A stretch of 64,000 bases of DNA from Cenarchaeum sp. (GCA_965242695.1 CBDESU010000002.1:1056001-1120000); one strand, 5' to 3'. Shown: positions 1 to 10,151, counted from the first letter of the stretch. Program-made: numbers and translations. Notes: generated from the letters alone by a model not told the origin.

Positions 1-104
1 ACGCGGCGCGCTTCCTTGACGAGTTCTGGGACGATTACTGGAAGCCGATCCTCGCAAAATACCCCACCGGTGCTGAAAGCTCGCCACAGCCGTCTAGTGC
101 CTGA
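1..104 (+). CDS. 3' end of hypothetical protein, paralog of 657..1046 (truncated by window edge)
   Basis: Frame from nt 3 reads AARFLDEFWDDYWKPILAKYPTGAESSPQPSSA*, matching ATRFLDEFWDDHWKPILAKYLTDAENSPESSNT* of 657..1046. Confidence 0.75.
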   Translation, partial: AARFLDEFWDDYWKPILAKYPTGAESSPQPSSA

Positions 105-183
105 CCGTATACATTTCCTTCAGCGTGGCAATAGCGCGCTTGCCTGCCTGCATGTCCTGTCGTGCCACACAGGTCCCTCCTCA
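94..183 (-). pseudogene. Decayed copy of the 3' end of the 1036..1863 gene
   Basis: Reads ...GKRAIATLKEMYTVRH* vs ...DKRVVSMLKEMCTVRY*; in-frame TGA at 181-183; upstream extent unclear. Confidence 0.65.
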
Positions 184-656
184 CAAGAAGGGCCCGTCAC
201 TCACGCTCGCCGTTGCCCCCGTCCGCGGCGCCCTTTGCCCCACGCCCAACGGCACAGCGCATGGCCTTGCGCAGGTCGGCGCCGACCCAGAGAAGCGCGT
301 CATCACGTCGGCGTACACGGGAGCACGGCCGCTCGCCGCAAGTCCCGGAGGGAGGGCGCAATAGCATGAGGCATGTGGCGCCGGATCTGGGCCTTTGGCA
401 TTACTCGGCTCTAGATGCCGCTCTTACGCCCAGCTTCACCGCAGTTGTCACTACATCATGTCTGCAGTAAGCGCCGACGGCCGCGGCCGGCCTAGATCAT
501 GGCGTAGTATATTGGCCGCGTGGCGATCTATACCACCGGCACGGGCTCGTGCTAGGCGCCCGACATTATAGCGGCAATAGCCGCCCCCTAGAAGTGGTCC
601 CGGGACGCCTGTTGCCCTGTCCGCATCTTTTAATACCCTCGATTGGGTGGCGGCCT

Positions 657-1046
657 ATGGCCAGGCAGCAGGAGACAGCGGAAGGAGAGGCCTGCGTCGG
701 CACCGTTCAGATACCGGGCTGGAAGCCGAGCCGGTTCTTTGAGCCGTGGAAGGAAAGGGTGGTCAGGACGAACGGCGGGCTGATTATGCAGTACATGCAC
801 TACTGCAGGGGCATGCCGCCGGACATCCGAAAGGAGGCTATTGTCCACATCCTGCGCACCACGATGCCGGTCGTCTACGTGTCGGACGACGACAACGAGG
901 CATTTGACGCAATGGACAACGATGCGGACGCGATGCGCGAGTACGCGACGCGCTTCCTTGACGAGTTCTGGGATGATCACTGGAAACCAATCCTTGCAAA
1001 ATACCTCACCGATGCTGAAAACTCACCAGAATCGTCTAATACCTGA
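657..1046 (+). CDS. Hypothetical protein (129 aa)
   Basis: ATG at 657 preceded by TTTTAATA box at ~628-635; paralogous copy at window start. Confidence 0.7.
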   Translation: MARQQETAEGEACVGTVQIPGWKPSRFFEPWKERVVRTNGGLIMQYMHYCRGMPPDIRKEAIVHILRTTMPVVYVSDDDNEAFDAMDNDADAMREYATRFLDEFWDDHWKPILAKYLTDAENSPESSNT

Positions 1047-1863
1047 CTGTACACATTTCTTTCAGCATGGAAACCACGCGCTTGTCCACCAGCGCATCAT
1101 GTTGTACTGTGAAGATTGTCTCTGCAGGAACGGCTGTTCCATCGGGCACCCTTATTTCTGCCTTATTTACATTCGCCGCCGCCATCCCATCAGCGATCCG
1201 CTTGTCCTCCACCCTCACTTGTCGTGGCAATGTGGTGTAGCGGACGCACTTGACGCATCTGCGCATGTCGAGATTCAGCGGTATCGTCATCTTGACTTTA
1301 CGCCCAAGGAACTTGAGGCTAGGGTTCATGCTCAGCGCCTTGAAGCCGCGCCGCGTGCGATTATCCTCCATTCTGCTCTCAAATATACCACTCAGGTAGA
1401 TCTGTAGCTCCGGCGGGTCTATCCAGCGGAATGCGGCGCGCGCCGTCTTCGCCTCTGTGCAAAGCCTCCCGTTAAACGCATACATCCATGCCTCGGCGTC
1501 CAGCACCATGGCGTAGACGGCGCGATTTCGAGCAAGCGTGTCAAGAACCAGTTGGTCGACCGCCATCCAGTCTTTGCGGGCTGTAGCTGCGTGGCAGGCG
1601 TCCGAAATGGCCATGCCCCCAAAGCGACTTCCATCAAGCAGTTCGGTGAGCGCATCAACGCTGGCCACAACTTTTGCCTGCCTTGGCACGGTTTTTATGG
1701 ATAGATCATCTAATAGCCGGCGCTTTTTGTGCACAACAACACTATCGATCGTGTGGCCTTCTGCTAGCGCGATTGTGCCTGTACTGTGCACTGTCATGAG
1801 GCATCTCCTGCCATTTGCGGCAGCGTCCGAGTTCTCTGTATTGGGTGCGTCATTGTGGGGCAT
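1036..1863 (-). CDS. Hypothetical protein (275 aa), possible ADP-ribosyltransferase-like C-terminal domain
   Basis: Protein-like composition, lower GC; FRW / FKALS / AEIRV motif spacing (fold call speculative). Confidence 0.65.
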   Translation of the reverse strand: MPHNDAPNTENSDAAANGRRCLMTVHSTGTIALAEGHTIDSVVVHKKRRLLDDLSIKTVPRQAKVVASVDALTELLDGSRFGGMAISDACHAATARKDWMAVDQLVLDTLARNRAVYAMVLDAEAWMYAFNGRLCTEAKTARAAFRWIDPPELQIYLSGIFESRMEDNRTRRGFKALSMNPSLKFLGRKVKMTIPLNLDMRRCVKCVRYTTLPRQVRVEDKRIADGMAAANVNKAEIRVPDGTAVPAETIFTVQHDALVDKRVVSMLKEMCTVRY

Positions 1864-2546
1864 CTTGGTGAATGGAGCCTTTCGTATTGCACAGATGCGC
1901 CGCGCATGCGGCGCTATTTATTGATTGTGTTTTAAGCGGAATCTCACCTGCCCCTTGATGGCTGTGGGCAAGGAGACTGCATGCCGCGAGTAGAGCTGCG
2001 GCCCGCACCCTCCCGGCCTGGCTGGGCATGTTCTGGACGCCGGCAAGATGGCAGCCGCCGAGTCCGCTCCGGCGCAGCAAGGGGCGCGCTGGATGCCGAC
2101 AGCCTGCAAGGAGGCGCGGCGACGGCAGCTTCCCACCGGCTGGCACGGGGGCAGGGGAGGGCTGCGATCCGCGGCCACTGCTGGCCTAGCCTGCGTGCGA
2201 CTCCGCCTCCGCACTCGCGCCCGAGCTGATCGCGAGCACGCCGCGGCGCAGCCCACAGCCTGCGCACGACTCCGCCTCCCGCGCGGCTCGCACCTGCGCT
2301 GCCGCACCGCGCCACCCGCCGCGCCCATGACCATGGCAGCTCCGCCGATCGCCGTGGCCGCCCGACGCCACGGCGGCCGGCGGTGCCCGGAGGACGGCAT
2401 GCCCGCGCGCCCTGCGGCCGTGCCGCCTCGCAGCGTGCAGCTGGCGGCGCGGCGCCGATCGCGCCCCGCACCGGCTGCAGCCGCGTCGAGGCGCCCCCGC
2501 CCGCGCCTCCCGAGCCCGAGATCCCGCAGGCGCCAAAAGATCAACA

Positions 2547-2555
2547 CTTTTAATA
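2547..2555 (+). promoter_or_regulatory. Archaeal TATA box of the rpl7ae cluster
   Basis: CTTTTAATA in GC-rich context, ~40 nt upstream of the GTG start. Confidence 0.55.
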
Positions 2556-2591
2556 CCAAACAGGCGCGCCGCGCGCTATCAGGTGGTCGGA

Positions 2592-2975
2592 GTGGCAAAG
2601 CCGTACTATGTCAAGTTCGAGACGCCCGAGGATCTCGTCACGTCCATACTAGAGGCCGTCAGGGTGGCCAAGGAGACCGGCAAGGTCAAGAAGGGCACGA
2701 ACGAGGTCACAAAGTCCGTCGAGCGCGGCGCGAGCAGGCTCGTCGTCATCGCCGAGGACGTAGAGCCGCCCGAGGTCGTCGCGCACCTCCCGCTCATCTG
2801 CGACGAGCAGAGCGCCGCGTACGCGTTCGTGCCGAGCAAGCAGGACCTCGGCAAGGCGCTCGGCATCGACATTACGGCCGCAGCGGCCTCGATACTAGAG
2901 CCGGGCGACAACAGCACGCTCGACGACCTGCTCGCGCTGATATCGAAGATCAGGGGCGGCCAGACGGCCCCATGA
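2592..2975 (+). CDS. rpl7ae: 50S ribosomal protein L7Ae
   Basis: [39 protein letters not shown] motifs. Confidence 0.97.
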   Translation: MAKPYYVKFETPEDLVTSILEAVRVAKETGKVKKGTNEVTKSVERGASRLVVIAEDVEPPEVVAHLPLICDEQSAAYAFVPSKQDLGKALGIDITAAAASILEPGDNSTLDDLLALISKIRGGQTAP

Positions 2976-3241
2976 GCGCCGCGCCAGAGGCGGCAGCGCC
3001 CCAGTCCGTTCCCACGGGAGGCGGAGGCGGCGGGGGAGAGGGCGAGCAGGTCACGTCGGCCGAGATCATCCAGATCGTCGGGCGCACGGGGATCGCCGGC
3101 GAGGTCATACAGATCAGGGTAAAGATAATGGAGGGCGATGACAGGGGCCGCATACTGACGCGCAACGTAAAGGGATCGGTCCGCATGGGCGACATACTCA
3201 GGCTCCGCGAGACCGAGCGGGAGGCCAAAAAGATAAAGTAG
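2972..3241 (+). CDS. rps28e: 30S ribosomal protein S28e
   Basis: [18 protein letters not shown]...RILTRNVKG...[13 protein letters not shown]; ATGA overlap with rpl7ae. Confidence 0.96.
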   Translation: MSAAPEAAAPQSVPTGGGGGGGEGEQVTSAEIIQIVGRTGIAGEVIQIRVKIMEGDDRGRILTRNVKGSVRMGDILRLRETEREAKKIK

Positions 3242-3275
3242 CCGGCGCGGGGCGCGGGCGTGGGGTGCAACTACG

Positions 3276-3473
3276 ATGAGCATGACGGTAAGGCAGTGCA
3301 GCTTTTGCGACAGGGCGGTGGCCAAGGGGTCAGGGACCATGCTCGCCAAGAACGACGGAACGATACTGTGGTTCTGCTCGTCAAAGTGCAAGAAGAACAT
3401 GACCGAGCTCGGCCGCGACCCGCGCAAGTTCAAGTGGACCGCCAAGTACGTAAAGGGCGGCATCGGGAGGTAG
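3276..3473 (+). CDS. rpl24e: 50S ribosomal protein L24e
   Basis: CSFC...GSGTM...DG...FCSSKC...R.PRKFKWT. Confidence 0.96.
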   Translation: MSMTVRQCSFCDRAVAKGSGTMLAKNDGTILWFCSSKCKKNMTELGRDPRKFKWTAKYVKGGIGR

Positions 3474-3479
3474 GGCGGG

Positions 3480-3899
3480 ATGGCGGAAGGCGGCGGCGCG
3501 GAGAGGACCCTGTTCGTCGTCAAGCCGGATGCGGTCTCGCGGGGGCTCGTCGGCGAGATCGTCTCGCGGTTCGAGGCCAAGGGGTTCCGCCTGGCCGCGC
3601 TGAGGATGATGCGCCTTACGAGGGAGCAGGCCGAGTCGTTCTACGCCGTGCACAAGGAGAGGCCGTTCTTTTCGGACCTGGTCGGGTTCATCACGTCGGG
3701 GCCCGTCGTCGCCGGCGTCTTAGAGGGCAACAACGCCGTGGCCACCGTGAGGATCATGGTCGGCGCGACAAAGTCGTTCGAGGCCGCGCCGGGCTCTATA
3801 CGCGGCGACCTCGGGCTGGGGTTTACCGACAACATCATCCACGCGTCCGACTCGGCGGCGAGCTTTGAGCACGAGCATACGGTGGCGTTCGGCGGGTGA
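3480..3899 (+). CDS. ndk: Nucleoside diphosphate kinase
   Basis: [27 protein letters not shown] catalytic His motif. Confidence 0.97.
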   Translation: MAEGGGAERTLFVVKPDAVSRGLVGEIVSRFEAKGFRLAALRMMRLTREQAESFYAVHKERPFFSDLVGFITSGPVVAGVLEGNNAVATVRIMVGATKSFEAAPGSIRGDLGLGFTDNIIHASDSAASFEHEHTVAFGG

Positions 3900-3905
3900 C
3901 GCAAA

Positions 3906-5732
3906 GTGAGGATGCGGCAGCCGATCGTGGCGGTCCTCGGCCATGTCGACTCGGGCAAGACGTCGCTGCTTGACAGCATACGCGGGACGGGAGTGCAGGG
4001 CCGCGAGGCCGGCGGCATGACGCAGCACATAGGGGCGAGCTTTCTGCCGCAGGAGACCATACGCGCAAGGTGCGGCCCGCTGTACGGGCGGCTCGCGTCC
4101 TCGCCGGGCGCGCAGGTGCCGGGCGTGCTCGTCATCGACACGCCAGGCCACGAGGTGTTCACCAACCTGCGCGCGCGCGGCGGCTCGGCCGCCGACATCG
4201 CCATACTAGTAGTCGACGCGGCGCGCGGCATCCAGCCGCAGACGACCGAGAGCCTCGGCATACTGCGGTCAAGAAAGGTCCCGTTCGTCGTCGCACTCAA
4301 CAAGATAGACCAGATATCGGGGTGGAGGGGCGGCAAGGGCGGGGGCGACGCCGACGGCGACGCCGGGGTGCGCCTGGCCGCCGACGCCGTAAAGTCGCAG
4401 GACGAGTCGGTGCGCAAGGACCTGGACCAAAAGCTGTACGACGTGGTAGCCTCGCTGTCCATCCTCGGCTACAAGTCCGAGTCGTACGACCGGGTGAGGG
4501 ACTTTGCCCGCGAGGTGTGCATTGTGCCGACGAGCGCGCGGGCCGGGACGGGCATGCCCGAGCTGCTCGCCGTCCTGGTCGGCCTCACGCAGCAGTACCT
4601 GGCCGCGCGCCTCGACCAGGATGCAAAGGCCGAGCCGCGCGGGATTGTCCTAGAGGTCAACGACGAGGTCGGCATCGGCCCGTCGGCCAACGTCATACTA
4701 GCCGACGGCTCGCTGTCCATGGGCGACACGGTGGTCGCCGCAAAGCGCGACGGGACCGTGGCGGCAAGGCCAAAGGCCATACTCCTGCCAAGGCCGCTTG
4801 ACGAGATGCGCGACCCTCGCGACCGCTTCATGCCCGTCGAGTCGGTGGATGCGGCGGCCGGAGTAAAGATAGCATCGCCCGACCTGGCCGGCGTGCTGCC
4901 GGGGTCGACCATCCTGGTGGCGCCTGCCGGCTCCGGCACCGCGGCGGTCGCGCCGCTGCGCGAGAGGATAGAGGCCGAGATGCGGTCCGTGTTCGTCGAG
5001 ACCGAGTCCGACGGCGTCACGGTGCGGTGCGACACGATAGGCTCGCTAGAGGCCGTCGTGTCGATGCTCTCGGAGAGGAAGATCGCCGTCGCCAGGGCCG
5101 ACATCGGGCCGGTCACGAGGAGGGACGTGATAGGGGCCAGGGCCGTAAAGGAGAACGACCGGCACCTCGGGGTCGTCCTCGCCTTCAACGTGCGCGTGCT
5201 GCCCGACGCGGCCGCCGAGGCCGACGAGTCGTCGGTGCGCGTGTTCTCGGACCGCGTGATCTACAGCCTGGTCGACTCGTACTCGGAATGGGCCAGGCAG
5301 GATGCGCTGCACGAGGAGGATTCCGTATTCTCCGAGATCACGCCGGTCGCAAAGTTTACGTTCCTCAAGGGGTTCGTGTTCCGCAACAACGATCCCGCGG
5401 TGTTCGGCGTGCGCATCGACGCGGGCAGGCTCGTGCAAAAGGCGCAGTTCATCAACGACGAGGGGCGAAGGATAGGGCGCGTGCACCAGCTGCAGGAGGA
5501 CAAGAAGACGGTCCCTGCGGCGCGGCGCGGCGCAGAGGTGGCGTGCTCGGTGCACGGCGTCACGGTCGGCAGGCAGGTGAGCGAGGAGGACGTCTTCTAC
5601 ACGCTGCCTACGTCGGCCGAGGCAAAGTCGCTGCTCGGCAGGTTCGCCGGCAGGCTAGACGACGGCGAGACTGCGGCCCTGGCCCGGGTCGTCGAGCTGC
5701 AGAGGGACAGGGACCCGGCGTACGGGTACTGA
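3906..5732 (+). CDS. infB: Translation initiation factor aIF5B (IF-2)
   Basis: RQPIVAVLGHVDSGKT, GGMTQHIGA, IDTPGHE, NKID; conserved archaeal gene order. Confidence 0.97.
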   Translation: MRMRQPIVAVLGHVDSGKTSLLDSIRGTGVQGREAGGMTQHIGASFLPQETIRARCGPLYGRLASSPGAQVPGVLVIDTPGHEVFTNLRARGGSAADIAILVVDAARGIQPQTTESLGILRSRKVPFVVALNKIDQISGWRGGKGGGDADGDAGVRLAADAVKSQDESVRKDLDQKLYDVVASLSILGYKSESYDRVRDFAREVCIVPTSARAGTGMPELLAVLVGLTQQYLAARLDQDAKAEPRGIVLEVNDEVGIGPSANVILADGSLSMGDTVVAAKRDGTVAARPKAILLPRPLDEMRDPRDRFMPVESVDAAAGVKIASPDLAGVLPGSTILVAPAGSGTAAVAPLRERIEAEMRSVFVETESDGVTVRCDTIGSLEAVVSMLSERKIAVARADIGPVTRRDVIGARAVKENDRHLGVVLAFNVRVLPDAAAEADESSVRVFSDRVIYSLVDSYSEWARQDALHEEDSVFSEITPVAKFTFLKGFVFRNNDPAVFGVRIDAGRLVQKAQFINDEGRRIGRVHQLQEDKKTVPAARRGAEVACSVHGVTVGRQVSEEDVFYTLPTSAEAKSLLGRFAGRLDDGETAALARVVELQRDRDPAYGY

Positions 5733-6054
5733 CGCGCGGGCGGCGCCCGTTGCGGCCCTGTCCGCCACGATCTGCCGCAGCAGCCACGAATGGCGGCTGC
5801 GAGATTGGATGATCCAACGGTGGCGGACGGCAAGATCGCGCTGCTGGATGTTGGCCCCGCTTTCTGGCATAGCCCGCGCGCGCCTCGCGTACGGGCATGG
5901 ACGGCCTGCGAGTCCGAGGATGCCGTGGCCTGCATGCCGGGGCGCATGATCGAGCAAGAGCCGCGGCATGGGTGGCGCCCGCCCTGCCGTGCGGTCGGCG
6001 CGGCGCCGGCGCGGCGCGTGTCATGACCGCCGTCCGGTCGCCGCCTGGCCCTGC

Positions 6055-6828
6055 CTACCTGTACATGTCGTACAGCGCATCGCCTGCCGCCCTGATGTCT
6101 GCCGGATCGATCCGCCTCGCGTCGATCGCATGCTTGATTACCTCTGGATAGTCGCACCGCATCATGGTGTCTGTGTATGCATGCGCGAGCAGGAACTTGT
6201 GCACGGGCACCTTCTCGGGCGGGTCTAAGTGAACGTCGCGCGTTGCGTACGTGGTGATTTCGTTCCACATCCTGCCTGTCCAGTCGTCTGTGACGCCCTC
6301 CGTGACGGGCATAATCTGGGTTGCCTTCGTGATCTCTACCGTGTCTGTTCCCCTGTACTGGAAGACCGTGAGCCCGGTGCCGGCGGCTCCATCCGAACCC
6401 TGGGAGGCGCGATTCCGGCACATGGTGACGAACGTCTGGTTGACCTTGATCGTCTCGACATGTGAAAACACTGGTATCGGCTGGTACGACGTCCCGTCCT
6501 GCCTCCACAGGGTGTAGTTCTTGTCCGAGAAATACACCCTGATTGTCTGCTCGTCCAGCGGCTCTATCCGCTCGATCAGCGGCTCGTGCACCGGGCCGTC
6601 AAGTTCCAAATAGTCGGACACCAGCGTAAGGTTGACAGGATGGGCGGTAACTATAGAGTACCTGTGGTCCTTTTCCTCTATGGTTGTATAGGAGATGCGG
6701 TACCCGTCTATGGTGGAGCCGGCTACCGGCAGGTGGTACGCGTAGTACCCGTGCATGCCCTCAAAGTTTAGCGCAACCAAGACTAGGATGGGCAGAACCG
6801 CCGCGGCGGCAAATGCGAGGCTGTTCAT
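6055..6828 (-). CDS. Hypothetical N-terminally membrane-anchored or secreted protein
   Basis: Hydrophobic N-terminus MNSLAFAAAAVLPILVLVAL; lower-GC ORF; start chosen at 6828. Confidence 0.7.
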   Translation of the reverse strand: MNSLAFAAAAVLPILVLVALNFEGMHGYYAYHLPVAGSTIDGYRISYTTIEEKDHRYSIVTAHPVNLTLVSDYLELDGPVHEPLIERIEPLDEQTIRVYFSDKNYTLWRQDGTSYQPIPVFSHVETIKVNQTFVTMCRNRASQGSDGAAGTGLTVFQYRGTDTVEITKATQIMPVTEGVTDDWTGRMWNEITTYATRDVHLDPPEKVPVHKFLLAHAYTDTMMRCDYPEVIKHAIDARRIDPADIRAAGDALYDMYR

Positions 6829-6868
6829 GATTATAGAAAGAAAAAAGGGATATGGTAGATGGGCCGTG

Positions 6869-8059
6869 CTACCGGGTTCGTAGTGACGCGTAGGATGCTC
6901 CGGACAGGGTCCATGTCCAGTGGGCGTCATCGTTGTGGCTTATATGGACATTGTGCGCGCTGAGATACGCGCACCCTCGTCTAGCATCGTGATCAGCCCA
7001 ATGTACCGACGCAGTACTAAATTGCGCCCGTAGGTAGTTGTTGATGTTTGGATCCCCGCTGGTTCCGCAAGAGCTGACCAAGATCGCCGGTACGGTACCA
7101 CCTTCTGCGTGGCCTAATTCTTCACCCACCGGAGTTCTGATCATGGGCGGCTGAAAATTAATGATGTACGCCCCTGTAGTGGTCCCATGTTTGGCCAGCG
7201 AACAGCTCCCATAATTGCAATCTATGACTCTTACAAGCATGGACGTGACGTGTTCGACGGACACCGTGGCAGCGTGCGCCATGGGAAGAAAGTACTCTGT
7301 AATCGGGTGTGCTGTTTCTGTTACGGGTGCCGTGTAGGGCAACTCCTCTTCGTATATTTTTTCGTCTCTAACCTTCTTCATGAACGCGGGGTCGCAGTCG
7401 AGATCGTGTTCGCACAGCGCAATGGCTGCCGTAACAGCCCAAAAGGCCGTGTCGTTGGCCATGAGATCGCGCGGCACGTTGCCGTGTCGTGCCTGTTCGT
7501 CAAAGGCAGCTATGGCTTGTGATACAAGATCAGGACCAAGTTCGCTTTTTATCTCGTCTATTCTGGCGTCAATGTCACCGGCACTGTCAGGTATGTCGTA
7601 CTTGGCCATTGCCCAGTCGTGGAAGCGCTTTTCCGGATCACTGGCCGTGTAGACGCCTTGTAGCCTATCTAGTGCTTTGGATAGAGCGACCAGTTCAAAA
7701 CCATTCCCAGCTTCACCGGACATGACGTCGAAGTTGTGGGTGACTAGCACCGTCTTTTTCATTGCTTCGTTCCACCCGTTTTTTTCCGTGTCGTAGGATA
7801 CAAATGCCTTTATCGCTTCCTGCTTGTTCTCGAACTCTACATCGTCCTCTTTCTGCGAGGTCCACTCTGCGTCGTTCCTGTCCAACAAGATGTCGTCGGG
7901 GATCTTGTCGTACTGTGCTTTTGGGTCAAACATCTGCGTCAGCGTGGCGTTAGTCTCTTTCCCCATGTCGGTAGCCGCTGCTTGCGGAGCCCCGAGAAGG
8001 GATACTGCGGCGCCTGCCAGTAGCAAAAGCATGACCGTTCTTGTGTTTCCCTTTGTCAT
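6869..8059 (-). CDS. Secreted hypothetical protein (396 aa) with Cys-containing C-terminal domain
   Basis: Signal peptide MTKGNTRTVMLLLLAGAAVSLLGAPQAAA; TTTTATA box ~25 nt upstream; the rest of the 913-aa ORF call is spurious. Confidence 0.75.
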   Translation of the reverse strand: MTKGNTRTVMLLLLAGAAVSLLGAPQAAATDMGKETNATLTQMFDPKAQYDKIPDDILLDRNDAEWTSQKEDDVEFENKQEAIKAFVSYDTEKNGWNEAMKKTVLVTHNFDVMSGEAGNGFELVALSKALDRLQGVYTASDPEKRFHDWAMAKYDIPDSAGDIDARIDEIKSELGPDLVSQAIAAFDEQARHGNVPRDLMANDTAFWAVTAAIALCEHDLDCDPAFMKKVRDEKIYEEELPYTAPVTETAHPITEYFLPMAHAATVSVEHVTSMLVRVIDCNYGSCSLAKHGTTTGAYIINFQPPMIRTPVGEELGHAEGGTVPAILVSSCGTSGDPNINNYLRAQFSTASVHWADHDARRGCAYLSAHNVHISHNDDAHWTWTLSGASYASLRTR

Positions 8060-8161
8060 TGCCCGCGCCACCCCTATCTGGTATAAAAGGCATGCCTGCC
8101 CCTGGGGCGCGCGCTTGATCGCCACTCGCAGGATTCCAGCGGCCCGCGCGCCCGCCCAAGG

Positions 8162-8467
8162 CTGAGCCGGTGCACGGCATGCCGCCCTTGACCTAGCGCC
8201 AGCCTGGCGAGCGCCTCGGACAGGCCGTACCTTTTGCGTCGCAGCCTCAGGGCCTCGTCGGCCTCGCCGCCGGACGCGCGGGCGGCAGTCCAGCGCGCCA
8301 CTGCCCCGTGACCCTGCCGCGGATTGTGCACGCGGCGGCCTCGACGGCGGGGTCTTGCCAAGCGCCTTGCCTTGCCCGCCTTGCCGCGCGTGACAAAGCA
8401 CGTCACGCCGCCGCCGCCGCTGTCGGCCCACGGATGCGTGCGTCCCGACGGGTTGCCTGCCGGCGCC
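8162..8467 (-). pseudogene. Frameshifted duplicate of the PPOX/F420-dependent oxidoreductase at 9729..10151
   Basis: High nucleotide similarity to ~9776-10083 (FVTR.K.GKARRL, GGEADEALRLRRK.YGL.EALARLA) with indels. Confidence 0.8.
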
Positions 8468-8568
8468 TTGGGGTGGCGTTGTAGCCACACCAAGCGGGCC
8501 TGCTAGACTGCCCGGCTCCGTCCTCGCCGAAGCGCCCGAGCGGGCGCCCGGCTCCCCCCGCCGTCCTG

Positions 8569-9603
8569 CTACGGGAAGCAGGGCGTGTCGAGCGGCTTGG
8601 CCCGCACCTCGGGCGGGGCCAGGTAGCACCTGTGCTCGTCCGAGTACCTCAGGTCGGTCAGCCTGTTGCCCCATCCGACCCAGAAGGACTCCATGACGCA
8701 GCCCTCGCCCGTGGGTAGCCATCCCCTGTTGATCATCTTCACGGCCCTGTACGCGTCCCCGCCGGTGTGGTTCAGGGCGAGGGCGATGGCGAAGTTGGGC
8801 GATCCCGGCCCCGCAAGGTCCACCCTCGTGTTCTGCGCGACGTACTCTAGCACGCTTCCGTTCGGCGCGGGGCCCGTCATTGAGAAGCGCTCCGGGGACA
8901 GGTGCACCGCGTACTCTAGCACGCTTCCGTTCAGCGCCGGCCCCGCCCTTTGTATGAGCACCCGCGTCTCCTCGTCTGCGAGCTCGTAGGGCGCCGGCTC
9001 CTTTGCAAAGCACGAGATCGTATAGGCGCCGGCCGTCACCCAGTCGGGAAGTCCGCAGGATGCCGGCTCCGTTCCGTTCCCCGCAAGGTAGCACTCCCTG
9101 CTCTCGTCGTACTCTAGGTCGAGCAGGCTTCCGCCCCCCGCGACGTACTCGTGCTCCCACACGCACGGGCCGGCCGGCGCATTGTACCAGTTTAGCACAG
9201 TGACCGTCTTCATCAGCGACTCCCCGTCCCCCGTGTATCCGGGGACGCTGCCTGCGGCGGACTGTATGGTTCTCGGAATCAGGTTGGGCCCCTGCCGCGA
9301 GTTGGCTATGAAGTACTCGACGTACTCGTCGCCTTCGTGGCGCAGCGGCCCGGGCCCGGGCTCGCCGCCCCTTGCCTCGATCGCGCGGACCTCGTCCTCG
9401 TGGCCGGGGTACGGCGGCGGCCAGTTGTGGTAGCACGACAGGAGCCTGCCCGGCGGTATGTCGTATGCCGGGTTGTGCATGGTCGCCATGACGGCGACCG
9501 CGAGCAGAACGGCGACGGGGGCGGATGCGAGCGCAAGCGCGATGGTGCGGCTGCCTCCGCCTGTCGGGGCCGCCGCCCTGCGGACGTTCTCGTCTGCCCC
9601 CAT
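8569..9603 (-). CDS. Membrane-anchored Cys-repeat hypothetical protein (paralog A)
   Basis: N-terminal TM; two C-x(n)-Y-x4-CYLA repeats; paralog of 11166..12083. Confidence 0.75.
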   Translation of the reverse strand: MGADENVRRAAAPTGGGSRTIALALASAPVAVLLAVAVMATMHNPAYDIPPGRLLSCYHNWPPPYPGHEDEVRAIEARGGEPGPGPLRHEGDEYVEYFIANSRQGPNLIPRTIQSAAGSVPGYTGDGESLMKTVTVLNWYNAPAGPCVWEHEYVAGGGSLLDLEYDESRECYLAGNGTEPASCGLPDWVTAGAYTISCFAKEPAPYELADEETRVLIQRAGPALNGSVLEYAVHLSPERFSMTGPAPNGSVLEYVAQNTRVDLAGPGSPNFAIALALNHTGGDAYRAVKMINRGWLPTGEGCVMESFWVGWGNRLTDLRYSDEHRCYLAPPEVRAKPLDTPCFP

Positions 9604-9728
9604 CCCGCATTCCGCCCCCGCCCCGTCATGCCGGTTGCCGTGGATGATCCCTGATCCTGTGCGAATTGCGGCGGATGCGGGAGCGGACGGGACCGCTTAC
9701 GGCGGAGTAGCCCGGCATGCCTGCGCAC

Positions 9729-10151
9729 CTAGTCCTGCCGGGCGCCTGCGCCGCTCCCGCCGTTCTGCCCAAAGTTGAGCCGGTACACGGCGATGCCGCC
9801 CTTTGACCTCGTCGCCAGCCTGGCGAGCGCCTCGAACAGGCCGTACTTTTTGCGTCGCAGCCTCAGGGCCTCGTCGGCCTCGCCGCCGGACACGAGGGCG
9901 GCGGTCCCTCGCGCCCACTGCCCCGTGACCCTGCCGCGGATTGTGCACGCGGCGGCCGCGACGGTCGGGTCCGCCGCCAGGCGCCTAGCCTTGCCCGTCT
10001 TGTCGCGCGTGACAAAGTACGGCACGCCGCCGCCGGAGACCACAAAGCACACGGGCGTCCTGACGGCCCGCCCGCCCGCGCCGTACGTCTCGAGGCTGAC
10101 GTACTTTTCGCGCCCGTCCACGCCGGGGATGCCCCCCGCGCCGCCTTCCAT
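9729..10151 (-). CDS. PPOX-class (pyridoxamine 5'-phosphate oxidase-like) F420-dependent oxidoreductase
   Basis: KYVSLETY...VRTPV.FV, TGKARRL..DP.V..AACT.RG, KKYG; TTTAAA box upstream. Confidence 0.85.
   Translation of the reverse strand: MEGGAGGIPGVDGREKYVSLETYGAGGRAVRTPVCFVVSGGGVPYFVTRDKTGKARRLAADPTVAAAACTIRGRVTGQWARGTAALVSGGEADEALRLRRKKYGLFEALARLATRSKGGIAVYRLNFGQNGGSGAGARQD

Noticed and set aside
1918-2590. Several long overlapping ORFs upstream of rpl7ae
   Set aside because: Low-complexity Arg/Ala/Pro translations expected from stop-poor, very GC-rich intergenic DNA; no motifs
2606-5563. Long antisense ORFs over ribosomal protein genes and infB (and similar ones over other core genes)
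   Set aside because: Shadow frames caused by high GC3 codon bias
8060-9610. N-terminal ~517 aa of the 913-aa ORF 6869..9610
   Set aside because: Arg/Gly/Ala-rich off-frame read-through over a real gene and a pseudogene; signal peptide and TATA box place the start at 8059
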